Source: Eledone cirrhosa (Eukaryota). From it: 64,000 nucleotides of DNA. Positions 37,040 to 48,761 of the stretch are shown here, piece after piece. The position numbers and the translations under genes are program-made. A model generated the notes under the pieces. The model did no database searches. It was given only the letters and a program-made list of their open reading frames with translations, and had not been told where the DNA came from. Every line of letters begins with the position of its first letter. Position 1 is the stretch's first letter. The stretch spans positions 271,622,001 through 271,686,000 of the forward strand of contig OZ024742.1 of the NCBI GenBank assembly GCA_964016885.1, in the 5' to 3' direction.

Positions 37040-38285
37040 CAACGGAATTATATACCACACCAACACCAACTGCAACAAAGACAACCACAACTGGACTTAG
37101 ACCAACATTAACACCAACAGCAGCAACATCAACAAGAGAAACTGGAAGAAAACTGAAAGCAGCAACAACACGTTCGCAACTGCATCAGGAAAACCCAATA
37201 ACACAGACACCTTCACAACAACAATCCCCGAAATGCAATCACCCACAATAAACACAGAACAATATAAGACACACAGGACCCTCAATTATCTGCGAAATTT
37301 AGGATGGCGATCAACGTTGTTGCTTCCCGTAAAGCGAATAGTGGGCTGTCCATACAGTAAATCAGCCAACATTCTGCAAACAATGACAGCAGCAGGACCA
37401 GTGTGGGCAGCATCGGCAACCGAAACTTATCTAGTGGAAAAAGTGAACTTTACGGATCTGCTAATATTTACCAAGTTATATGCCGCCGCCCCAACCACAT
37501 TGACGGGATGTGTGGCCAATAGCACTTACAAAATCATCACCAACACTACCACTGATAGAATGGAAATGAAAAACAAAATCAGAAATAACAAACACGATTA
37601 CGACAACAAAAAAGATAACAACATTAACAACAATATCAACAAGACCACCACCAACAACTACAACAACAAGACTTGAAATAAAGGCAACAGCATCAACGGC
37701 CATAGCAACAAGGGCAACAACAGCAATAACAAAAGTATATTCACAGACACAGCTACGAAAGCCACATAACTATTTGTTCCGGACATCCTAAATTAGAACA
37801 AGCCGCCCAAATTAATCAAAATACAAAATACAGGAGCGGAAGTAGTCATCCCGTCCCAGGTGCTGGCGGCTAAAGAAATGAAAATGTATATATACCGAAC
37901 TATTGCAATCACATGGAGACAGGCTGTATCAATACCTCAACATGAGTGGGGAATGTCACAAAAAGCATTATGCTCGATATAGTAGACATTACCAGAGATA
38001 AGCAATACACAGTCATGTCAGTGCTCTTCAAAAGAGAGGAGCTGGACAGACGAATACGGAATATGTTCTATACCTTTCGGACCGCAGAGGAAGGACCATA
38101 AGGATCAGAATCGATGATATACTGCCATTAATGCCCATCTAGGAGAACCTAGCTTGTGTGTTACGATAGGGTATTGACATACACTTGGAAGTCACTCGCA
38201 CCCGGAAAAAACACTATATTTAGAGATTATCTAACATATCATACTAGAGAAGTTGGAAAACATCCCTAATTTCATTTACCTACCA
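37040..38285 (+). mobile_element. Possible decayed ORF1 region of a Tx1-like LINE
   Basis: ACA/CAA-rich tract followed by YRTIAITWR (~37893), resembling the YRTI motif of the other ORF1 copies; heavily degraded. Confidence 0.4.
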
Positions 38286-38389
38286 GCTGGGGTGGTGCTG
38301 TTCTATCTGGGTGTGTCTGATTTGTTTTGTTAGTTAGGTTTTTGTGTGTCTGTGTGTCTTCGTTTTGTCCTTAATTACTACTTGTGGTG

Positions 38390-39110
38390 TTGTGATTCTA
38401 CTCATGTTTCCTGTTAAATTTTGGTTTGAGTTCGTTTATATTTGTTGACTCTGTGATTTGCCTGAGCATTGCATCTTTTCTGTGTGTTGATATATATGTC
38501 CCTGTGTTCTATTTTGGCATGTTGGTGAATTTTTCCTGTCCAAGAGTTTTCGCCAGTGTTCACTTATCCTTTCTTCTATGCTACGAGTTGTTTCACCTAT
38601 GTATGTTATATTCTTATTCCTACACTGATCCTTAGCACATCCTACGCTATGTACTACGTTCCTAGTTTTGCAGTTAATTTGAAGTCTATCCTATTAGTAA
38701 AGGGGGATCTTTGAAATGGGTATGTTTGGCTTATTAGGTTTTTTCTGGGAATACCTGATCTTTCAACTATCTTAATATTTAAATTGAGCTTGTCTAGGTC
38801 TCTTCTAAATCTCTAATCTGGTTCGCTTCTAGGGGTGGTATTAACTAAGATCACACTATGGTATTTATTGATATCATACCATGAGTTTATTTTATTTACC
38901 TTATTCCTAATTCTTTCTATTCTGTTCCAAAATTTGCTCCTATACAAGGGGCAAGTTCCATTTGCATAAGTTTCTAAAATATTTGCCCATTTGGTTCTAG
39001 CTCCTTAATATACCCTGATCATGTCTCTATGATTGTAGCCAGAGAACTGCATGCGGTGGATTAAGTGTTGTATGTGTCTTTCTAATTCTTTGCGGTTGCA
39101 CATGCGGGAC
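38390..39110 (-). mobile_element. Penelope-like element fragment (linker plus GIY-YIG endonuclease)
   Basis: Manual translation: MQFSGY..., CPLYR, KIVERSG, NCKTRNVVHSVGC...C...TYIGETTRSIEERISEH, LRQITESTNINELKPKFNRKHE. Confidence 0.85.
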
Positions 39111-39269
39111 AGGTTCCTCATCACTCTTACTCAGTCCGGAATGAGTATGTTGATTTTTTATATGATAACAACAGAGTTTCAGTGGATCAGGTTTTTGGAG
39201 GTCATGGGTGTAGCATAACTGGATTAAAAGAAATAAACCGTACGCATTCCCGCAGATATTACTTTATCA

Positions 39270-40546
39270 TAGTTTAGATTGGCCATCTATACACCGAGAT
39301 ATTGAAAACTTGGTGAGAACGAGACTAGGTTGTGCGCTCGCGTCAAAAGCCACGCCGGTAAAATATCAATCATGGCCAGAGGTGGAGAAACCATGGTCTA
39401 GGTTACACATTGACTATGCCGGACCGGTAAGCGGTGCTTACTACCTAATTGTAGTAGATTGCTGTACTGAGAGGGACAGATGTTTGCTGGTGCTATAAAC
39501 CAACCTCTAAGTCAACTATAACGTTCATATATGAATTGTTTGCGTTATACGGTATCCCCGACTCGCTAGTTTCAGACAACGGAACGCAGTTCTTTTGGCA
39601 TAATTCAAGAACTTCTGTAAAAAGCACGCGATAAAGAATATTTTTACTCCACACTATCACCTGAGGTCAAACAGACAGGTAGAAATATTTATGGACACCT
39701 TTAAGAGAGCGTTAAGCAAAGCGAGAAATGAATTAAGTAAAGACGAAGCAATGACATATTTCTTAAGAATATACAGAGTGATCCCAAATCCAAGTACAAA
39801 TTCAGGGAGTTCTCCCGCATAATTGATGTTCACAAGAAGAATAAAATCCATTTTTGATAAGCTATTACCAGAGTAAAAAGGACGTAAAGGAAATACGAAA
39901 GAGCCAACGAAATACATCAAGATGGTAGATAATGTGCATATTTCAAAACCTATAGAAACGGTAATGAAGTCTGGGAAGATAGCTTTGTTACCAGACAAAT
40001 TGGATGTATGATGTATCAAATTAAAGGGTCATACGGTTAACATAAGAAGCATATAAACCAGATAAGGAAGAGGCATACCCAAGATCAGGTAGGAATTCCC
40101 ATGGGAGTATTGTCAAATATGCGATGTACCGGTACCAAAAGTAGTAGAATCACGTAGAACCAGCATGAGAAAAAGAAAGTACACCGAGCACCTTCAGATA
40201 AAGACCAAGCGAAAGAGATATAAAAACAAAAACATTTTCTTTCTTTTTGTTGAACATGAAATCTCAAAAGGGCAGATGCTGTGCGAGAGTACGACGCCCC
40301 CATGGCTGGACTACTATATGTAAATATTAGCGACACGAGTAAGTGGATAAGTTGGTATTAGTTCCAGAGTTCGTGTGTTGATAGTCAAATTTGGAATTGG
40401 AGTTCAATTTCACAGTTCAACTTAGCGTGTTAGATTGTTGGTTCTTAAAAGATTGTTTTTCCGTTACCTGTGGGTTTTGCCGTTTGTTTCGATTATATTG
40501 TTATCACACTGTTGCAGTGTATTCGTTTATCCATAGGGACATAACA
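39270..40546 (+). mobile_element. Decayed Gypsy LTR retrotransposon 3' half (integrase plus probable 3' LTR)
   Basis: WPEVEKPWSRLHIDYAGP, LVSDNGTQF; purine tract AAAAGGGCAGA then TG at 40277; candidate LTR end ATAACA at 40546 (tentative). Confidence 0.75.
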
Positions 40547-40689
40547 GTATATTTGAAATAAATCATCGGTGTACATAATGTTTCGTAGCCCAAATCTGTC
40601 TAATTTCCTTCCGCGTGGTCCATTCCGTTTCTTTTTGCGCATTATGAAAGAAATAAGTTGAAATTGACATACTAATAAAAACATCTTAT

Positions 40690-40691
40690 CA

Positions 40692-40768
<77 letters not shown>

Positions 40769-40781
40769 CACACACGCACAC

Positions 40782-40821
<40 letters not shown>

Positions 40822-40885
40822 GTACACACACACATATATATATATACATATGTGTGTGTATGTAAGTATATATATATATATATGT
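40690..40885. repeat. (CA)n/(TA)n compound microsatellite
   Basis: Direct reading. Confidence 0.97.
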
Positions 40886-43285
40886 ATTCGTAAATAATAT
40901 TCTAAATGCAATGTGTGATCGTAGATGATATGATGTTCTGCTTGCATACATATAATATTGAGGATAATATCTTGAATATTTCTACATATAAACTCTGTAA
41001 GGCTGCCCGTGGCTAGAATACAGGAAGTCTTTTCGAGAAAAGTGTTAATATGAAAACGAAATTTCTATAGATGGAATAATTAAATAAGTGGGCGAGTGAA
41101 GAAATAAATTTACTGGAAAGATTATCGTCTAAACATCCAAATCAATTTCCCTCCGGTAAAGAAAAAATGAAATAAACAATATCACCCCTTGCAGGTTAAA
41201 AAAAAAAAAAAATCTCCGAAATGATGCTAATTCTAAAAAGCAAAGAGAAAATGTAAAAGTAAAATGCGATGAGATTTGGAGAGGACTGAAGAATAACATA
41301 AACGAATTATAAGACGCAATGGTGTGAAATAAATGTAGAAAACTAAGTTAACCATTATGCACTCTTTTAACATTGGTATGACGTGATGTATGTAATAGAA
41401 AGCAACAAGCGTTTCTGTATAAAATTTTGCTTGCGGTTAAAACGGTATTAAAATTATTTTATTATCATAATGCACTTGCTGCACTTGACATGAAAATCGA
41501 CATCAATGTCAATATTTCCCTGTGCAACGTAGATGAATATTTAAAAAAACACCTAAACGAACATTTCTTTCCAGTAAACCAACGAATGAAACATAATTAT
41601 GTAGCCTGTATCGATGGGTGGATATACGTGAAGTTATCCAACTCTTTATGTCTAAATATATTTATGAATTCGCACGTGTATGCAAAGTTATACACCCTTA
41701 CATAAACATGCACAGGTTTTCAAAAACTTGAACATACACACACACGTACGCACGCACACACACATACACACACATACACACATATATAAAATAATCAGGA
41801 CCCCGACGCTGAGCTCAAGTCGTTTCGACAGCTAGATCCGAACTAAAGCGCTGATATCTAGCTGAACTCCTAAAGGGGTAGGTACATACATGTACAGACA
41901 GTCTATGCAAAAGAATCGTAAAAGTTCGCTATTTTTTGTTTGTTTGTTTTTTTGTTTTTCTCCGGGAATAATCAGTAATCTGGAGGGGAGTACATTTGTT
42001 CAAATGTTCCCGATCGTAAACATAGTTGGCTTAGTTCCGCTTCATCCCGATACATGACTGGAATTATCTAGTTTTATTACACTCATGGTGGCAAGGAAAG
42101 GAGCTAGACAGGAAGAAAAGTGGGAGGAAATGGGTAACTAAACTTATTGACCTGAAGATGGTAATCTTGTCAGTAGAGCACACACGCAATTGACAGGGAA
42201 TTCTACCTTATCAAATGTTTCGAATCTGTAAAAATGACATTGTACTTACCTACATTAATTTAAATAAAAAAAAATAAAAAACAACGATAGAAATTTAAAT
42301 TTCGGTGTATTTAAGACAAAGGATTAGCGTCGTACATTTATGTGTTTCTTAATTTGCTTTTTATTTAAGATTTGCTAAAAAGCTAAGCATTTATAATATA
42401 TTACTCTATCCCTACACGTAGAGATGTCTGGTTATCAATTGCTTTTATGGCCTTGTTCACTAATTTACTTATTTCAAATACCAATAAATCTACCGTTAAT
42501 CTCAAATATAGTTCTAGTTATTTCGGTTCTTGTGCTATCGTAAGTTAGCTAAGAATCTATTGTTTTTGACTCTTGTTTTATATAAGAAATGACTCAAAAT
42601 ATATTTGCATCTGGTATATCAAAGCCATATACCTTAACAAAAGGAAGTAATAGAATTGAATGCTAATAGCTTTCTCTATTGTATATGTTTTATGATGGTG
42701 CTTAAGTACGAGCCTAATGTATGTGTTTATAATAGTACACATTTGCTCTACATATCAGGCGTACCATTGCTCCAGTACAGGAATGGCGGTGTTTAAACTT
42801 GTGCCCCGTGCTTAAGCTGAGAGTAATGGATCTGTGCATATATTGTAGCTAACTAATCGGCTGGTCCTAAATGGCAGTATGTATATATTTACAATAATGA
42901 AAATATTATATTTCTACCTAGGCATGCTTTAGGAAAGGAACACGTGCGCTGAACGAATGTGACTTTTTAGTCCAGCCAGCGACTTGAAAACTCTGGTACA
43001 AAGACAACACTTGTGACCATTATTGACACATAGTGAAGGGCCCATGGTACCATGTGATGACAAGTGCAGAGAGATCTCCAGATATAAAGCAATGCCTGTG
43101 CTGTGAAGCTTTTATAGTGAGCAAAGGCACTGCACAAAGCCAGTCCCACTCTCTTAACCAATATGATATTTACCAAAAAGAAGAACAAGTCAACATCATT
43201 GGATACCATCAGGGTTGCAGGTGTTATATCAGAGTTTTCCTTCTCCTAGAATTCTGCCTTGACAAAGGCTAAGGGGTCATCTCTC

Positions 43286-43758
43286 ATATATATATATACA
43301 TATATACATCCAGGTACACATATATATATATATGTACGTATCAGTTTAGCGAACGTTTATTATAACGCCCGCTTTGTTCGTTTGTAAACAAGCGAACAGC
43401 CTGATTTATGCCATACGTTGTTAGGGCAACCACGTCACCTTTTTGTTCAACACTGACACAGGAAGGATGTACTAGTTTCAAGCTTGTTAGCTATCATCAG
43501 CACCGTATACCCTTCTGCCAGATAGTTGAACGTTCGAAAGTATATACTTTCCTTATGAAAATTAACGGCTGAGCAGCCTAATTTGCATATCGAGTGAGTT
43601 AAGTCGGCCAGTTTGCCTTAACACCGTATGGCATAAATCAGGCTGTTCGCTTGTTTACAAACGAACAAAGCGGGCGTTATAATAAACGTTGGCTAAACAG
43701 ATACGTACATATATATATGTGTACCTGTATGTATATATGTATATATATATATATATAT
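43286..43758. mobile_element. Non-coding fold-back/MITE-like element with ~145-bp inverted arms
   Basis: 43286-43429 is the near-perfect reverse complement of 43613-43758, with a ~183-bp spacer. Confidence 0.85.
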
Positions 43759-43901
43759 GCATGCTACTGTACGTCTGTATACATATATGTATGTACGTAT
43801 ACATACATACTTACATATATATATATAGTACAGAAAAAAGAGAAAAGAATAAAGGAAAAAAATAATATTTGTCTTCCTAATAATCTTTTTTTCTCCCTAT
43901 T

Positions 43902-43904
<3 letters not shown>

Positions 43905-43962
<58 letters not shown>

Positions 43963-44012
43963 TTGTGTGTGTGTTTGTGTGTGTGTGTGTATGTGTGTGT
44001 GTGTGTGTATAT
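43905..44012. repeat. (TA)n(TG)n microsatellite
   Basis: Direct reading. Confidence 0.95.
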
Positions 44013-44483
44013 AGGACTATTGTAATCTGAGGTTTTCGAATACCAATAATAATACTCGATTCGTTTGCAATTATGCAAATAACCTCTCTTAGCATGTGAG
44101 TAGAATGACCCCACCATTCTTGATCTTATGTTGGCATATAAATAGAACAGCTGACACTAATGTTTCTTCGTCATTACCATTCATATGTACCGGATTCTTC
44201 ATACCTGCCAACTGACAGAACTTGTGAAAATATATGATTTTTCAGGAATATACAGTGACAGATCGGCCTGTTTTGCATATTAGCAGATCCACTGATCAGT
44301 CAGAACTGCATATTAGCAGTTCCACTGATCAGCCAGATTTGCCTGTCAGCCGATAGGAGAGTCAGTTTCATGTATACAAATGATTAATGGCCGGCTTTGC
44401 CATAGTCAAATAACTAATAAATAGTTTTATCACTGCATGGCTGAATACAAGAAATATAAATCTGAGTTTTTCGAATATAAATA

Positions 44484-44618
44484 ATTGTTTCTACTTTTGG
44501 CACAAGCCCTGCAAATAACCAGTACATTACCGGTACTTTATTTTATCGACCCCATAAGCATGAAAGGCAAAGTCAACCTCGACGGGATTTGAACTCAGAC
44601 CGTAAAGGGACGTAACTG
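44484..44618 (-). mobile_element. 5'-truncated SINE
   Basis: Reverse-complement core, B-box and 3' end. Confidence 0.88.
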
Positions 44619-44674
44619 ATATCCAATTAGGTTGCAATTATGCAAACGGCCACTTTTAGCCATTCTTGCTCTTG

Positions 44675-46625
44675 TATTTCATCATTACTGCCTTACCGAG
44701 CACAGCTCTCTGCGCCTTGGGTATCGCCTTGGGTATGAACAGTGTACTTTTTTTCTGATATTGTTTCTATTGTATTGATAGTACTTTTGGTAATATGTTT
44801 GTAGTGCTTAGTAGTGCTATATTTTGTATGATGTATATAAATTTATGTTCTGGGGCTCTGAATATTTAACTGTCTCTGTATTTTTTATCATTCCTAGAAC
44901 ACCTATTATTATAGGTATTGTTTTTGTTTACATTTTCCACATTCGACTTATGTCTACCTCTAGATCTTTATATTTGGAGAATTTCTCTATTTTTTGGAAG
45001 TCTATGGTGATAGATACATGTATTAGAAAGCCATTTTTTTTTTATGCACTCTGACTATAATATCTGGTCGGTTGTCCTTGATCTCTCCGTCTGTATGTAT
45101 TGGGATATCCCAGAGAATAGTTGCTTTGTCATTCTCTGATACTTTTACTGGTGTGTGGTCGTACCATTTTTTTCTTTTGCTATTTCATAATGCTGGTATA
45201 ATTTCTAGTCTACAAAGGTTCCAGCTCTATCATGCCAGTGGATATATTCTATTTTGGCTAGAGCTAGGCATGCAGAAACTATGTGGTTGATTGTTTCTTG
45301 CATCTCTCCACATATTCTACATTTACTTATTTTGCTTTGTTTCATTATGTACTTCTGGTAATAGCTGGTAATATCCGGTCCTGCGCTGCAATTAGAAATC
45401 CTTCCATCTCAGCTTTTAGTCCAGTACTTCGGAGCCAATTTTGTGTGTTTTCTTTGTCTGCTTCCTTTCTATTTAGCTTTTTGGGGTATTTGCCATATAA
45501 GGATTTCTCTTGCTATCGTTTTAACATGTCATTCTGGAGGTCAGTTTTCAATTAAAAATTTGCCTTTCACATTTTATATTGTTGTTTTTCTTTGCTTTCA
45601 TGTTACTTACAATTATCTGTTAGTCGATTGTCTGATTTGAAAATCTTTCCTTCCTTGAAGACAGATAACATTTTTTTTTTATTTTGTTCGTGTTTCGATG
45701 TATACACTTTCCTTTGCTTTTTTATTATTTTTTTTTTTTTTGCCCTGGTGTAGTTATTTTATGAGCGTTTTCTATTTGTGTAAGGCCCTTTCTTCCTTGT
45801 TTTCTTGGTAAATATAATCTTTCTACGTCTGATTTTGGATGGTGTATTCTAATTGAAGTCGTTATTTTTCTTGTTTTTCTATCTATTCGAGTTAGTTCTT
45901 TTAGTGTCCAGTTCAAAATATTAAATTTGCAGATCTTTACGAGGACTGCTAAAGTGTGGATGCCAATCAATTTATTCTTTGCATTTATCTCAGTTTTCAG
46001 TTTTAAACTAATTCATCTGTAGTATTCTATTCACATCTTTTCTTTCATCTGTGTGTGTTGTATCTTATCTAGTTCGTTGATTCCTAAGTATTTGTATGTT
46101 TGAGTTTGATCTAGTTCTCCTATTTCTGTTTCTTTATCTAACATGATATAGCGTTTCACTAGTTTTCCTGTCTTCAGAGTTGCCTTAGCACAATTTCTAA
46201 TCTAAATTTGATGCCTATTTCTTTTGTGAATTTGTGTACAATTTGGAGCAGTGTTTGGAGTTGTATTCTATTAATAGCATACAACTTTAGATCATCCATA
46301 TATAGGAGGTGGTTAGTTTTCCCATTATAGAATTTATATCCAAGCCCAGGTCTATTTAGTGTTTCAGATAGTCGAGTTAATGTGAGACAGAAAAGCAATG
46401 GTGATAGGGAGTCTCCTTAGAATATGCCCCAGTTCATTGGTATAGGCTCTGTTTTTTTATTGTTTTATCTTTTGTTTGTATCAGCAGAATTGTTTGCCAT
46501 TTACTCATGACATTTCTGATAAATATTGTTATTTTTGCTGATACCCTACACATGGCTAGTGTGTTGACAATCCATGTATGTGGAACAATGTCAAACGCTT
46601 TTTGGTAATCAATCAAGACATGCTG

Positions 46626-46656
<31 letters not shown>

Positions 46657-48003
46657 GTTTTGCAGTTTTCAGTTGTGGCTTTATTTATTAAAAACTGGTC
46701 TTTGCATCTATGTGAGCCTCTGCGGTATCTTATCTGTTCTTCTGGCTACAGGATGTTTTTTTTCCAGGTTTGTTATTTTCTATGTTTTTCCAGGTTGGTT
46801 ATTTTCTGTAATAGTATTGAAGGTAAGGTTTCGTATTTAGTAGGCAAACATATTATGGGCGTGTAATGTTTTCGGTTTGCTGTTTCATTATTTTTTCGGA
46901 TCAGGATCGTTTTACCGTTCGTGAGCCAGTCAGGTTTTTTTTTTCTGATTCCGTCAGAATTTCGTCAAATTCTTTTACCCGCATTTCATGTGTCCCTTTC
47001 AAATATTTTAACCAGAAGATTCCCAACCAGAAGTTGGAGATCTTGTCATGTCCTGGTGCCTTCCATCTGCTTGCCCCACTGAGTGTGATAGACACACCGT
47101 CCTGCTATAATGGTTCGTCTGCAGCTTTGCTGTTTTTGCTAGCTTTTTACATAGTAATTCTTTTCCCCTTCTGACCAATTTTTCTCCAGAACTCTTCCAT
47201 TTATTTTACTTTTGGCGCTATATTGACTTCTATTTCTTTTTCTATCAAGTTCTTGGAAGTGTCGTTTTGGGTGGAGTAAAACAGATCATTTTGTCGTAAA
47301 AACATTTGGCGCTTTTCATATCTCTGGATTCTTTGTGCCTTTGCAAGTATTTGTTGTTTAAGGCTTTCCTTAATGTTAGGGATTTCCCTTTTTGTTATGT
47401 TATATTTATTTAGTGTTTTTATTTTCTCCCTGTTCTTGGTTTTGTGGTTTTCATTTAATATTGAGATGTCTTCTTTTTAATTTTTATCTTTTTTTGTATC
47501 CATGATTTCCACGTTTGTGTGGATTTCGTTCTTTCTGGCTTCTATAACTCTGAGAGATTATCCACTTTCTTTTGTTAACAATAATGGCTGCTGCATATAT
47601 TATATTGTCTAAATATGTTATATCAGTGGTTTTATTCGTATATGTTAAGTATGTGATGGCTAGGTTAGCGTTTTTTATAAGGGTTGCGACATTATTATTT
47701 ATTTTTCGTTGGGAAATTTACTTTTTGGTCCATAGAGGAATCGCTTATTTTTTGGAGTATATGAAGTATTTCTTTATCCTATTGTAATCTTGATTTTCGT
47801 CATTAGGGTTTTTTTGTTAACACTCTGTATATGGTTATGGTTGGGGGTTTGCTCTGTTTTGTCGATTATTTTATCTGTTTGCTGTATGTCGGTTTTTACT
47901 TCACTTTTATAAATTATCGGTATCTTTATGTACGGTAACTACTGCGTTATCATTACTTGTGTTTGCGTTATGAAATTGTTTTTTTAGTTGTGTGAATTCA
48001 TTG

Positions 48004-48048
<45 letters not shown>

Positions 48049-48230
48049 TTTATTTTTAATATGTATCTCCTTAAATTTGCTAGCGTCAATTATTAACTCA
48101 AAATGTGGATTGTTTCTTTGCCAGATTTTATAAGTGTGTGTTGTTGTATTTTCGTTTCTGTGCAGTGTTCCGTTTGATTTGCCGGTTTTATAATTTTACT
48201 CATGTGGTCAAAAATTTAATTAGGAAAATT
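44675..48230 (-). mobile_element. R4/Dong-clade element, third family D3, old and near full length
   Basis: WKAPGHDKISNFW, IDYQKAFD, HLLYMDDLKLYA, HHPKSDVERLYLPRK, C-terminus IALLSTTNILPKVLSIQ*; many stops; 5' boundary approximate. Confidence 0.85.
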
Positions 48231-48296
48231 ATGTTACAAGGACGATACGTATATAATATTTATGTTTTGTAGGCCTGGTTAGATCACATTACATAA

Positions 48297-48482
48297 GGGC
48301 GATGGTCGATTGGCAGTATTGGTAGAGCGTCGGATTCCATGCTTTAACGCATAGAGTTACGGCCCTTGCAATTCTGAGTTCAAATCCCGCCGAGTTTAAC
48401 TTTGTCTTTCATCCTTATGGGGTCTATAAAATAAAGTACCAGTAATATACTGGTAAATTGCTGGCCTTGTGCCAGAAAGTAG
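48297..48482 (+). mobile_element. Full-length SINE split near its 3' tip by the LTR element (resumes at 53488-53509)
   Basis: ...GGCCTTGTGCCAGAAAGTAG | AGTAGAAACCATTATTATT. Confidence 0.9.
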
Positions 48483-48761
48483 TGTTGTATTCCTCTCGGT
48501 ACTCGCAGAGGAAACACAATGAGATATATCAAATAATTTGTGTATTGTACGAAACAACCAAAACGCCCCTCCTCCCAGTAGCAGAATAACATAAAGTAAT
48601 GGAAGCAGCAGTCTGTGATCGAGTTTTAATACCAACGCTGACTGACTGCCCAGGTCACGTGATTCATATGCAAATGTATGAGCACGTGTAAATTGAATAA
48701 AACGACTGTAACAGTCCATACAACAATGAGGTTGTGAGTTCGATTCCCCGTCCATACAACA
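48483..48761 (-). repeat. 3' LTR
   Basis: TGTTGTAT...ATACAACA termini; direct repeat of 53209-53487. Confidence 0.95.

Noticed and set aside
41815-42215. Hammerhead ribozyme candidates (stem followed by CGAAAC on the minus strand near 41825; CTGAAGA at 42152)
   Set aside because: Each has only half of the catalytic core, and no three-way junction could be built.
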